IMG/VR virus record: IMGVR_UViG_3300005340_000004
Span: 7,878-71,877 of that record
Reading direction: 5' to 3' (one strand)
DNA length: 64,000 bases
Source: a virus
Below the pieces are notes generated by a model. It saw only the letters and a list, made by a program, of their open reading frames with translations. It was not told where the DNA came from and searched no databases. This document shows, piece after piece, positions 19,826 through 31,282 of this stretch. A program made the position numbers and the translations under genes. Each line of letters opens with the position of its first letter. Position 1 is the stretch's first letter.

Positions 19826-21360
19826 GTCCTGCGAGAAAGGTCACGCGGTTCGTGCTCTCGGGCCACGCCGATTATTGTTAACAAGAAAGGCTGGACTTTG
19901 GTCAAATTTGATACAATATCACAATCTGTTTTGTGATTGTAGTTACCCCGCGAGGGCAGAAACTACACAGCAGAACCAGACCGGGATTCGAACCCGGAGG
20001 CCTTCATGGCCAGCACCTAATAGCGATTCCTGCGCGGCAACGCGGAAGACTATAAGAGAAGAGGCAAGGGATTATCCGGGGATTTTCTTCCTCGCCCGTC
20101 TCTCCGCAATCTTAATCCTCTGCTTCTCTTTCTCCTTCTCCCACCTAAAGGCACTCATCAAAGTATACCTATCCCCGGCTAGTTGTAAGAGTTGTTTGCG
20201 GCTATGGTCCCGCAAAACAGCAAAGGCTTTTAACCATACCGTTCGGCTGGGTTCCTCAAGGTCACATTTGTCGATGCAGGATTGGAAGAAGGATTTACGC
20301 CACTCGTCGGACATTTTTGTATGTTTCCAGGTCCATTGAGCATTGCCGGTAGCTCGGAGAATTGTAATAGGGTTTGTTGGTCCGCGTTTCATGTTCAGCG
20401 CGAAGCTTGAAGTGAAACGAGGCAATTTCTAGCCGCTTCTGCTGCATGCGGCTCGTCAAAACTTCCGTTCACAGGCTCGCCTTCTTTCCATGATGCGATT
20501 TCGTTTAGCGTATTGATCGCCCCCGCAAGTTGAGCCTGAGTCGCGGCGAGTTCTAATCGAAGGGCATCGTTTTCGCACACGAGCTGACTGTGGCTTTTGT
20601 CGTGCCGCTCTCTAAACTGCGCGGCCTGATCCAGAATTGCGAGCCGTCGCTCTAGCCCTCTTGCAAATTCAGCAGGCACATATCGCCGAATGTTCTCGTA
20701 AATTTGAGTTGGAATTGCTGCATCGGTTAGCGGCGTCGGAATATCTGCCTCAGGTGCGGGCGACGGGGTGTTGCAATTGCAAACGGTGACCCCGCCGCAT
20801 CCGCAGATAATAGGAATCTCAAAAACTCTTGGCTTCATAACTTAATTATTTTTGGATGCTTGGAGTTGTTTTAACACCGATTTCGCCGCACGGCATTCAG
20901 TCGCCATTTTCTGAATTCTGTTTTTCAAAGTTAGAATTTTTCGTTCCAAAAAAGTTTCTGCGCGCGTAATTGCGAATTGCTGTTCGTTTTCCACACCGCC
21001 GCGTTCGTTAGTTAATTTCATTTCCCATCGTCCTCGGGTTTGGTGGTGAGTGCTTCCACAAGTTCGCGAACAGAGCCTTGAGCTAACAGTGATTCAAAAG
21101 TTCCGCCTTCTTTACCAACGGACACGATGCGATCAATTACGGTTTGGGCTGCCTCGCGGAGTTTTTTCCGCTCCTCCAAGATGGCGAGAAGCAGGTCCGT
21201 TTGGACGCCAAGATAGCTTCCTTCGGCTTTCTTTATAGCGCGTTCCAGCTCTTTCAGTTTGTCGGGGTGGGTCATTGTCCGCTAAAAAGGTTTATTGCTG
21301 CGCCGATTCCAGCGAATATAAGGCCCGCATATATTAATACTGTTCCGAAGCTGTCAGGGT

Positions 21361-21930
21361 TCATTTCCGCATTCTTTCTATTGCTTCGTTGGAGAGGGTG
21401 ATTCTTTTGCCGTTCTCGTAGGCGCGTTTTCTTTTCCGTTCGCTATCTCTTCGGCATATTTTGCACCGCCTCCAAATTCGACCAGCCGTTCCAATTTCTT
21501 CATATTCAGGAAGAAATGGATGCCCGTTCTTGCAGTGAGTTTTTCTAACCTCAGAATGGCGGCCCTTTAGCACGCAATCGGTAGAGTTGTCTTTCTGGCT
21601 GCCCAAAAATATATGAGCAGGATTGCAGCAGCTTGGATTGTCGCAATGATGTAGCGCGTTTTGACCTACTGGGATTTTGCCAACATATAGCTGATATGTT
21701 AAGCGATGGACTGAGGACAACTTATCGCGGAAAGAAATTTGTCCATATCCCATACGCTTGTATCCCTTCCATTCCACGCAGCCATTACTCTTAAATTCCA
21801 ACTTACTCAAAATGCGCTCTTTCAGCTTGAGTAATTGATTTGGGTCTTCATCCCACTTTTCTAGCGTCGGAATTTTCGCTTCCGCAATCGCCTCAGCCAA
21901 GATTAAGTCGGCGGTTTCGGTCGGGGTCAT
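21361..21930 (-). CDS. HNH homing endonuclease
   Basis: GCVEWKG...YGQI...VHRLTY...ALHHCDNPSCCNPAHIFLGSQKDN...KTHCKNGH. Confidence 0.9.
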   Translation of the reverse strand: MTPTETADLILAEAIAEAKIPTLEKWDEDPNQLLKLKERILSKLEFKSNGCVEWKGYKRMGYGQISFRDKLSSVHRLTYQLYVGKIPVGQNALHHCDNPSCCNPAHIFLGSQKDNSTDCVLKGRHSEVRKTHCKNGHPFLPEYEEIGTAGRIWRRCKICRRDSERKRKRAYENGKRITLSNEAIERMRK

Positions 21931-23818
21931 GGCTCGTCGGGGAATTGGTTGAGGATGGATTCGAGGCGACTTGCTGCCGAGATCTGTCTCTGAATTTGGG
22001 CCGGGTTTAGGAAATCAACATATGCATTGGCGTCACGTTCCAGTCCCTCAATCGCCAACAGCAACGCCTTAGCCAGCGGAGCGTCAAGGTTACAGGCGGT
22101 GGCGATTCGGACAGCCAAGGGATTAAGCTTGTGAGACTCTGCTTGCTTGAAATCGGCAACGCGCCCGCTGGCTCCGTCATATAGCCGAGTGGTTTCGTAG
22201 TCGAAATAACTCGCCGACAGCCTGCCGACATTCGCCTTCTCACCCTGCTCAACCACAAGCCTGAGCGCGGCTTTAACTTTATCTAGCTTTTCAGTCTTCA
22301 TATTTTCAAACGTGCCGAGGGGCGGTTATTTGGTAAGAAGGTCGCGCAGCATTTCCTCGGCTTGGCTGGTGATGGTATTTCGAAGGTGAAGAGGCCAAGT
22401 AGTCGGGCGCTCTTTAAGGATTTCCGGGTAGTAACAACGGAGATTGCTAATGATGTTTCGCCCAAGTTGTGCGCAAGCCTCTTTCTGTTCGTCACTCAAC
22501 TTTATAGGCACCGGCTCGTCAGGGACGCCGCAAGCCGCGTCTATCATCATTTCAATTGGAGAGCGCGCTTTCACCGCGCCTCCCCATTGCCGAGGGTTTC
22601 TAGGATGGCGTCGGCTTGCTCTTCAAAAGATCGCCCTAGAGCAGTGCACCCAAGCAAAAAGGCATCCGTGCTCTTCCTTTGTAGTGTGATCACCTCGATC
22701 AGCTTAACCGCCGTCTCTGGACTCCATTCGGCGAGATAAGTAGCGATTGCCTCCGTCGTTTTTACTTCGCCGCTGATTACGGGATTCCCGCCGAATCCTA
22801 CCTTGTCGAGTAGCCATGGAGCCTCTTCGCTGGGATCGTAGTCCCAAGGCTTGCCGTCCCATTCCCATTCACCGGGATTTTCTTCCTTCGCAGCCTTTGC
22901 CGCATCAAGCAGGCGGGTGAGGTTTGAGTTCATTTCGATTCCTCCTTGGCGCGCTTGTGGGCGAAGTAGACCCACATGAATGGAGATGCCATAAGCGCGA
23001 TTGCTATAAGTCCCACTATAAGAACGAATAGGATCGCAAGAGGGCCAAACAGCATCATTGCCAGAACCTTTTCATCAGGCTGCTTCAAGATTACAGCAAC
23101 AACAGCGATTATCGCCGCAATGACGGCGTAGGTCAGAAACAAGTTAATCCCCACGTAGCACTCTTCGTAAAAATCCCGCGCAAGCCAACAGACATCGGAC
23201 CACATTATTTTAATCGTTTTCATCCTATTTCAAATGAGGTTGATGCCTAGCGTTTGGCAGAGAGCGAGGCAGTAGGCCATTGGAGAGGCGAAGTAGAATT
23301 TGACATATGACTCTTGGCTTTCGGCCTCGATCTCGTTGCACATGTGGTGCTCGAACATTCCATAATCCTCGTCCGTGATTAGCTTCCGGCACGCATCGAC
23401 GATTGCGTTTAGGTCGTTGCAGTAATCGGGAACAGTGTCGCTAAAAAATACCTTGGCCGGGTCTTTCGGCGCATCCACTAGAACGAATCCACCGACTTCC
23501 GAAAGGTCTTTGAAGCTAAGGCGAGTCCATCCGGAATCGAATAGCCACCACTTAGCTCCTAGATGGAGGGCAATGGCAATTCGCACAGCCTCTTGTTTGT
23601 TTTTGGCGGGGGCGGTCATTTCGACTCCTTTTCTGATTTGGCCTCAGTCTCTTTCAAACTCGCCACAGTGAGGCAAATAAAGTCGAATCCAGTCTTGATA
23701 AAGAGAAGGATTGCGAGCCACGTAATCCCGCCATTCCAAGCGAGCAGCCCTGCTATTAGCGATAGAAGGCAAATCTTCTCCTCTTCGGTTGAAGAGGTAA
23801 CAAGTTCTGATAGTGGTC

Positions 23819-24649
23819 TCACCCCTCACCCCCATTTCCAGCCGTTGCGATTGTGGGGAGAGTCGGGGTCCACGCGAGCGCATTAGTAATCCGGTCGGCG
23901 TAGTCAATGTTTGCATTTAGGAAGTCTGGATACATATCGCCTTGGAACTTTGAGACTTGAACGATAACAAAATCCGCAACGTCATTCTTGGGACACAGAA
24001 CTAGGAATGGAACGCCCTCCTGTTCAGGAGCGCTCTCAATCGGCTGCCATTTAGACTCTGGCGGCTCTGTGGCGGTGAGGGCGGCGGCTATTAACTTTCC
24101 GACGGTTCTTGTTGCGTCGTGAAGCGGTCGGACATACTCCAACGCCTCCCGCATCCTGTCTCGCTGCTCCTTGAGGGCGGTGTTTTCGCGTTCGAGAGCG
24201 CTTGCCTTGTCCATCCACTCATTCCGATTTTGGACGGCGGCGGAGTGTGAGTCACAGGCGCTCGCAACGTCTACCCTAAGCTTTTCAATATACGTCTGTG
24301 CGTTTTTGTAAGCCTCTTCGTGATACGCCGCGTTTGTTATAAGCGAATCCCGTTCATTCTGCATCAGCCCAAGCTCCAACAGAGCCTGTCCGCGCATCTC
24401 ATCTGCGGCTGCGAAATGCCGCGCGCCCGTTTCAATCTCGTTGTTGTGCTGGTCGATAATGGCTTGGCACTTGTCCGGCGTTAGTTCCTGACACGCCAGA
24501 ACCATTGAGGGTCCGTGCGGCGTCTCGTGCCAAACGACGTCATTCGACGGGCGGGGCGGCGTGTTGATGATAAAGCAGGCATCATTTTTTGCGCCCGCAT
24601 ACCATTTCTGCGGCTCGGCTTTTTTTAATTCGACGGGTGTATCACTCAT
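23819..24649 (-). CDS. Mosaic hypothetical protein (coiled coil plus WQPIESAP domain)
   Basis: 276 aa with a DUF551-like start of the C-terminal domain. Confidence 0.5.
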   Translation of the reverse strand: MSDTPVELKKAEPQKWYAGAKNDACFIINTPPRPSNDVVWHETPHGPSMVLACQELTPDKCQAIIDQHNNEIETGARHFAAADEMRGQALLELGLMQNERDSLITNAAYHEEAYKNAQTYIEKLRVDVASACDSHSAAVQNRNEWMDKASALERENTALKEQRDRMREALEYVRPLHDATRTVGKLIAAALTATEPPESKWQPIESAPEQEGVPFLVLCPKNDVADFVIVQVSKFQGDMYPDFLNANIDYADRITNALAWTPTLPTIATAGNGGEG

Positions 24650-24723
24650 TATCTCTCCTTCGGTTGTTATATATCTACTCCTTGTTTACCACATTCTTCA
24701 TGGTTGTCCAGAGGTTTTTCTTG

Positions 24724-25224
24724 TTAACAATAAATTTCCATTTCCGCCAATGGGTTTTCTTTGTCGTAGTCCCTGGTGGATTTTGAAACCCATATCAGAG
24801 TATCGTCTTTTACGACTCCGGCTTTCTCAAGAACGTGAAAGATCGCATCAATGATGGCTGGTTGGTCCCTGCGTCTTTTGTCTCCCGATACATAGAACAG
24901 ATTCATATTGCACGGAGCGGAGATAGGTTCCCAGTCTTGGGGCAGTTGTCCTTTTATTTCCGCCACCTTCTCATCCCGCCACTTCGCCCATTCCTTTTTC
25001 GGGAAATGGAGGCCGGACCTTGTCACAACCATGTTGTTTTTACCCCCACGAATCTGTCCGATCATTAACAGATTGATCTTCCTATTCCCCTTGGGCTTTT
25101 CTTGGCCCGTAACAGCCTCTATCAGAGCTTTTCCTGCCGGACCTTGGGCTTTTAGCGTCTCCTCTACTTTAAGTTCTTTGTTGGCCCTTAAAGCGGAGTT
25201 TAGCTGTTCTTGTGTCCAACTCAT
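24724..25224 (-). CDS. rusA: RusA-family Holliday junction resolvase
   Basis: GKNN...RRDQPAIIDAIFHVLEKAGVVKDDTLI...ENP. Confidence 0.7.
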   Translation of the reverse strand: MSWTQEQLNSALRANKELKVEETLKAQGPAGKALIEAVTGQEKPKGNRKINLLMIGQIRGGKNNMVVTRSGLHFPKKEWAKWRDEKVAEIKGQLPQDWEPISAPCNMNLFYVSGDKRRRDQPAIIDAIFHVLEKAGVVKDDTLIWVSKSTRDYDKENPLAEMEIYC

Positions 25225-25634
25225 TTTGGAGGGTGCGGTAAAGGCATCCAGTGAGTTGGCTCGGTGTCATGGAAAGCTCCATAAACCCCAGCATCTTCGG
25301 AAAAACTTCGCCAACAGGGATCGTAGACAGAGCTTTCATCATCATCCCAATATGCGGTTACAATTCTATTATCTAGTTCATCTCCTATGCAACCTCCGTA
25401 AATCAAAATCCATGTTCCGTCTTTAGGGGCCGTTTCGATTGGTTTCCACGAAATTTCGGCCATCAGTCTTTTGGCGTAGATAACTTGGTCCAACCCCTCC
25501 TCGTAAAGATGCTGCAACCATTCTTGGGGAGATAAAGGATTTTCGGCAACTGTTGTCCCGTATTTTTCCATGCCTTTTTTCTGGCGATCTGCAATGTCTC
25601 GACAGACTTCAGCCTCGGTTCCTTTTGGATTCAC
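25221..25634 (-). CDS. MazG-like helical domain fused to DUF551-like domain
   Basis: RQKKGMEKYGTT...WLQHLYEEGLDQVIY, then WKPIETAPKDG...PTHWMPLP. Confidence 0.55.
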   Translation of the reverse strand: MNPKGTEAEVCRDIADRQKKGMEKYGTTVAENPLSPQEWLQHLYEEGLDQVIYAKRLMAEISWKPIETAPKDGTWILIYGGCIGDELDNRIVTAYWDDDESSVYDPCWRSFSEDAGVYGAFHDTEPTHWMPLPHPPK

Positions 25635-26103
25635 GGCTCAACTACCTCCCCGCACCAGCGACATTGAAAGGTATCACAGCGACATCCGGCTACAGGCTTC
25701 CACTCATGGGCGCATTCTTCTTTTTCTTCAGTCATTTCGAGAAAAGGGTTTTGCGTTTGAGGAGTTTGATGTTTTTCACTTTGTCGAAAGAACCACCCTT
25801 TTCGGGTGGTCTAGCCCATTTTCCTTTCCATTTACAGGTGTATTCAATGGCTCGAATGCCTCCGTCTTTGTCGACTCTTTCCACCTTCACAAGGTAGAAA
25901 TATTGCCCATTAAAAGCATTGAGAGTCACCACGTCACCGTATTTCAAATCAGTTGTTTTCATATATCTATGTTGTGTTTATCTCATTTTTGGATTGGTGT
26001 CCATTGTTTTGTTTATCTATTTTTATGGCGTCTCTTTGCCATTTTCTCCAGAGTAGATGGTGTAAAATCGGGATGCGATTTCCCATAGCTCGGAGGAGTT
26101 TTC

Positions 26104-27855
26104 TTATTGGTTGGGGATTTCTCGGAGGCATAATCCGGTGTCGATTGACATTCCTACAGTTTTTCCGGCTACGCCCCTTGTGTTTTTAAGGACGCGCACT
26201 TTCATGGTTTCTCGACTGTCTTTCCAGACTCCTAGAACCAGGCCGCAAGAGTTTTCGATTGATCCTGACTCCTTGGCATCTTCCAAGTTTGGCTCATAGA
26301 CCTGTTGTTTTTCAGTTGGCTTTTCTTTTCGTTTCGGCGGTCGTCCGACTTGAGAAAGGATGATTCCGATTGCTCCCCATTTTTTAGCCAACACTTTGGC
26401 CTCTTCGGCGGCGTCTGAGATTCGTTCGTATCTTGATCCTGAACCTCGGATCAGTTGGATGTAGTCGATTAAGAAGACCTCTGGAGTTTTGCCAATTTTT
26501 GCGCTGCTTCGTTCTATCTGCTCATCCACATACTTCATGGAGATGTTGGATTTCATGCAGATGTAGAGATTGTTTAATCTGTTCGTCTGCTGCCACTGGA
26601 CGTTGCTTTTGAGTAGCTTTTCCCTGATGGTGTCTCCACTCGTGCGGGTTGCCATGGCGATACTTCTCTCAACCATCAGTTCTTCCGCCAGCTCGATTTC
26701 AAAGATGAGAGACGCCAGTTCCGGGTTGGACATCAGGATATTTTGGGCGGTTGCTGTTTTCAAATTCCCGGTTCCTCCCATGATTGCCAAAAGATCGCCC
26801 CGAACTAGAGGGCGGACGTTTAGGGATGGCAACCATTTGGTTAAATCAAGCTGAATGTCCGAGTTGTTGGCGGCGTTTTGCTTGTAGCGCCTGACCAGCT
26901 CATCCATAGAGTAAATTTCACAATCCACTCCTCGGTGAAGGAAGTTGGATTTTGAGACTACTCTTTGAAGGTCTGCCGCTGGTTCTTGAGAGGCGTTTAT
27001 GTAATCCGTTACATCTTTGATTGGATTTTCATTGAATGTTTTGGGAAGTTCGGCCCATTTTGTCCAAGCCACCCGGCCTTCAAGGGCTTTTAAGACCATT
27101 TTCCCATGCTCTAGTCCCGGCTCATCATTGTCGGGAATGATGATGATTTTCTTGTTTTCAAGAATCTGCGTGTAGGACGGGAGCCATTTTTTGGCTCCTC
27201 CTGGGTTGCAGGTTGCGACGATGTCCAACTTTCTCAGGGTTTCGACATCCTTTTCTCCCTCCACGATTACAACCGTATCGGATGACATGACTTCCGGGAG
27301 ATTGTAAAGCAGCCTCTCAACTCCCTCCATTTTCCAGTCGAATGAACCGTCTGAATTTACTTTACGCTGTCGGAAGGTTTTTGGCTCGTATCGGACGACT
27401 TGATAGCTGAGTTTCCCAGTAGGGTCGAAATAGTCGTAGGTTGCGACTTCTCTCCTTGTCACTTCTTGCGGCCCTGATGTGGCTACAGAGCGTTTTGTTT
27501 GTGTTTTGGTATTCGGAGTGCGGTCCATTGGTTTTTCGCCTGTAATGAGGCTCACAGCTTCACTCCTCGAAACATTCCACAGTTTTTCCGCAAGAATGAT
27601 AACATCCCCTCCTCCGCATCCTCCAAAGCAATGCCAGATTTGTTTCTTGAGATTAACTTGAAAACTGGGTGATCGGTCTTCGTGCAGAGGGCAACAGTAG
27701 GAAATTTCATCGCCTTTGCGAGATTTTGGCTGATAGCCCTGATTTTCAAGAAATTCATCAAGCGGGTAGTCAAACTTGATTTTTTCGAAGTCGATTTCAG
27801 ATGAAGGAGGCATAAGTGGAGGGAGATTCTGATTGAGAGGGCCGCGTGTCGCCAT
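26104..27855 (-). CDS. Primase-helicase (CHC2 Zn finger + TOPRIM + DnaB-like helicase)
   Basis: CPLHEDRSPSF...WHCFGGC; VEGEKD...PDNDEPG; GGTGNLKT, LIDYIQL, LSQV, ESGSIE. Confidence 0.9.
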   Translation of the reverse strand: MATRGPLNQNLPPLMPPSSEIDFEKIKFDYPLDEFLENQGYQPKSRKGDEISYCCPLHEDRSPSFQVNLKKQIWHCFGGCGGGDVIILAEKLWNVSRSEAVSLITGEKPMDRTPNTKTQTKRSVATSGPQEVTRREVATYDYFDPTGKLSYQVVRYEPKTFRQRKVNSDGSFDWKMEGVERLLYNLPEVMSSDTVVIVEGEKDVETLRKLDIVATCNPGGAKKWLPSYTQILENKKIIIIPDNDEPGLEHGKMVLKALEGRVAWTKWAELPKTFNENPIKDVTDYINASQEPAADLQRVVSKSNFLHRGVDCEIYSMDELVRRYKQNAANNSDIQLDLTKWLPSLNVRPLVRGDLLAIMGGTGNLKTATAQNILMSNPELASLIFEIELAEELMVERSIAMATRTSGDTIREKLLKSNVQWQQTNRLNNLYICMKSNISMKYVDEQIERSSAKIGKTPEVFLIDYIQLIRGSGSRYERISDAAEEAKVLAKKWGAIGIILSQVGRPPKRKEKPTEKQQVYEPNLEDAKESGSIENSCGLVLGVWKDSRETMKVRVLKNTRGVAGKTVGMSIDTGLCLREIPNQ

Positions 27856-28558
27856 TTAGGAAAATTCCCCGCCAGCCTTGGGCGATTGTGGTTTGAATTG
27901 CTTGGATGGAGGCGTCCAGCCCGTGTTCAGCCATGCGGTCCCACTGTTTTTGGATTGAGTGAGGGCGGAGCGCGCCATGCCCTGATTTACGACGGTGGTC
28001 CTGATACTCCTCCCAAGCTGCGCGGAATCGCTCAGTGTCCAACAGGGATGGTAAAGTTGGTTCGGTTATGCTTTTAACCCCTTGTTGGGATTTTTCCGCC
28101 TTAACCCCTTTTTGTTCTAAAGCATTTATATTACCAGTATCTAAGCATTTGGGTGCATTTTCACCACCCATGGCGTTTTCGCAGGGGTGGTCCACCCCCT
28201 CGTTTTCCGCAGGGGTGGAAACGACCTTAACGAAATACTTTACCTTCACATACCATCCCGTAATTTCACTCTCGTTGTTTCGACTACAAACATCCTCAAT
28301 TAGTCCAATTTCTCGGAGCTGGGATTTTCGCATCTGAACCTTCCTTTCGCCCCATCCCAGTCCTTTAGAAATGTAAGAAACTGTGCATTTTATCTGGGAA
28401 GTTTCCTGCCACCTCGCCGTATAGGATAAGAAAAGATAAAGAGCCAAAAGGTCGGAGCAATTTTCCTGTTTAAGCAGGCGGTCGATAGTTACTTTTGTAA
28501 CCCCAACACTGCCATAATTGGGATCGGATTCCGCTACGCGGGTTTCGTATCTTCCCAT
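27797..28558 (-). CDS. Phage replication initiator-like protein
   Basis: N-terminal wHTH (LALYLFL...ISKGLGWGERKV...LREIGLI) and C-terminal AWEEYQDHR...TIAQGWRGIF; directly upstream of primase-helicase. Confidence 0.7.
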   Translation of the reverse strand: MGRYETRVAESDPNYGSVGVTKVTIDRLLKQENCSDLLALYLFLSYTARWQETSQIKCTVSYISKGLGWGERKVQMRKSQLREIGLIEDVCSRNNESEITGWYVKVKYFVKVVSTPAENEGVDHPCENAMGGENAPKCLDTGNINALEQKGVKAEKSQQGVKSITEPTLPSLLDTERFRAAWEEYQDHRRKSGHGALRPHSIQKQWDRMAEHGLDASIQAIQTTIAQGWRGIFLNGDTRPSQSESPSTYASFI

Positions 28559-28741
28559 GATATTTACACTCCAAACATAAAAAATTTAGCTGCTCTAGTG
28601 TGGAGCCGGGACCGGAAATTTGGCACTCCTGCCTATTCCCAGCCCCACACGGGAGCAGCTTAATTAAAAGTTTGAGACTGTAGGGATTCCGGCCCCTATC
28701 AAACAGCGCGAGCAATCTGACGCACTCACTCTATCTTTCTC

Positions 28742-29281
28742 TCAGATGGAGTCAAGATTCTTGTTTTCAATAATCTTCCTGTCGGCCATGCAGATGGTGT
28801 CTGCGTGAGCTGCCCCATGAGCCACTGGCAAAATCTCAATAATCTCATATCCCCTTTTCTTTCCCATTCCGTTACTGTTCCATCCAAAAGTCAGGACAAG
28901 TCCGCTTTCTTGAACAAGAGGATGAAAAGCGTCTTTAATGTTGGTCCAAAAAGAAGATTGAGTGTCGTGCATGGTGCATTCCCGTCCAATCGACTTGTAG
29001 CACTCAGAAACTTGTCGGGGCGAGTATGGTGGGTCAAGTATCAAAAGATCGCAGAAAACCCCGCCAGACACCAAGAATCGCCCATATTCTACAGCATCCA
29101 TATGGCAGGTTGCCTCGGTGTCAGGATTCAGGTCGTTGGTAAAAGTGGCCCATGTTTTGTTTCTGGCAAAAGGGTCGATACTCACGGTTGAGTCTTTCAA
29201 ATACCTCTGCACAAATTCTCCAATCGGCTTAATGGAGAATGTGCAAGAATTTGGCATTGCCCACGCTCGTGACATTTTCAC
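28742..29281 (-). CDS. Putative DNA amino-methyltransferase
   Basis: SIDPFARN and LILDPPYSPRQ motifs. Confidence 0.7.
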   Translation of the reverse strand: MKMSRAWAMPNSCTFSIKPIGEFVQRYLKDSTVSIDPFARNKTWATFTNDLNPDTEATCHMDAVEYGRFLVSGGVFCDLLILDPPYSPRQVSECYKSIGRECTMHDTQSSFWTNIKDAFHPLVQESGLVLTFGWNSNGMGKKRGYEIIEILPVAHGAAHADTICMADRKIIENKNLDSI

Positions 29282-31282
29282 GACAAAACCCTCTCCATAA
29301 TCTCATTCACGATTCTTTCACGATCTTCGTTGGCAACCATCGGCCCCATAAAAGCACGCTGAACGCCGATTTCGGAATCTTTGAAAGTTACTCGCAAGAC
29401 ATTGGTTTCCTCGTCCAGATGAGAGATGACGTATCTTCGATTTCCCAGGAAGAGAGCATCTATCTCTCCAGCTACGTTTCCATCGTCGTCGATTGCTTCA
29501 AAGTTTCCGTGTAGCTGCTGATAATTATTGGCCTCTACGAAGTCGCAGAGGGAGTTTATGAGGTCTTCTCGGAGCATTTTATTCAGACCATTCGTAAATT
29601 TCGCAGAAAGGAGCAGAAAGAATCCGGTCGGGCTTTTTGTCCAAATAACAGTTGGTGGTCTTTTCTTCGTGGCGATACCCGTATTGAGAAACATGGGCCG
29701 CGCGAAGTTCGTTTCTGGCCTCATCTTCTGATCTAGCCAGAACGTAAGCGATGGAGGAGCCGTAAGAAACCTGATAAGGTTGATTCCAGATATATAATTT
29801 TATCTCGTCCATATTCATTTATTGTTATCAAGAATGAGCTGAATCTCAGCCTCTATCTCCAAAGCCTGTTCTCGGGCCAAAGAAAACAGAGCCATCCAAT
29901 CGCTCGACCACCCTTCCCTTGCTGTATCTCGGTCGGCACAGGCTCGGAACATTGCCATTTCACTTACCATACGAGCATGTTTGGCACGTAGGAATTTCAG
30001 TTTGTCTTGTGTGTTTATGTTCATCTTTCACTTTTCTACAAAAAAGTTATGGACTTCGCAAGGAGAATCTGTTTATCTCGTTTGTAGATATGAAACACAC
30101 GAAATTACCCGACGGCCTTCCACCTCTTCCCCCTGTCCCTGAAGGATACGACAAAATTGAACTCAAGGGATGGGGATGGAGTAGCAATAAAAAGAAAGTT
30201 CCGTATTCGATTGCCTCAAAAGAGAATGAAGAATGGATGAATTTCATTCCTGATGTTGCAACGGGAATCCAGAGATTTTACTACATCGTTGCCGTCAAAT
30301 CCCCCAAGAAGAAGGTTATTGTTAACAAGAAGGGCTGGATTTCATTTAAGGATCAAATTCCGAAAAAGTCCGACTATCCTATCGCTAGTTTTTGCAAAGG
30401 CCAGCGGATAATTGTTTGGGATACCGAAGATCATCCTGAGTTCGGAATGGACGAATATTGGATTAGTTTGACATTTCCTGAGCCGCCTAAAATTAACGAA
30501 TCGGCGTTTGAAACTTGGTGGAAATCTACTGGCTTCAAACATGGTAAAAAGGAAGCTCTTGCTGCGTGGGATGCAAAGAAGTGAATAGCGATTTCGGAAG
30601 GTTGGCCGGGATCGCTTTAGTTATTCTCTGCCTAACCATAGGAATGGGCAGTTGTGCATTCCTATGCAATTCTCGCATGGAGCTACGAACATATTCCGAT
30701 CCCGATAAGCGAACGCAGGCAGAGAAATCGTCTCGTCAAATTCAAGCCGAGTATCAGCAGTCTCAAACTAAATGAACCAGAAATTTACAGCCTGCCTAGT
30801 AAGCAACAACGGCAAATTGGAGCTGCATGTATCCAGTCAAGCCGGACTCAACATCCTTGGAACTCGCCATGAACGAGCAGAATCTGGAGAGCGGTTTCCG
30901 CAGGTAGTTCGGGATTTCCACCAAGAAGAGAATGCCGAAAACATTGAGATTGCTGTAGCTGCCCTTGAGGCCACGCAAGCATTTTTTAACCGTGTGCAGA
31001 ATAAACCTCAGAAGAAATCTAAGAAATGACATATACAGCATGGACATTGGATAAAGAAGAGATGGAGCGATTTGCTAGTGGGGCGATGTGTTCAACAATT
31101 GCCCATCTCATTAAAGATGAAATTATTACTCCTGAGCAGGCGTCCAAATGGGTTGATTCACATACAATGACAGTTCTTACAAAGAACAGCGTTATGGATA
31201 ATATCGCAAGACTTCTAGGGTTAGTAGAAAAAGGAAAAGGATCATCTCTACAATTTCGAGTTGTAGAACTCGATTTGCCAAA

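Noticed and set aside
19845-19890. Pistol ribozyme (CGTG...GGGCCACG)
   Set aside because: Lacks the A-rich linker and the downstream pseudoknot partner.
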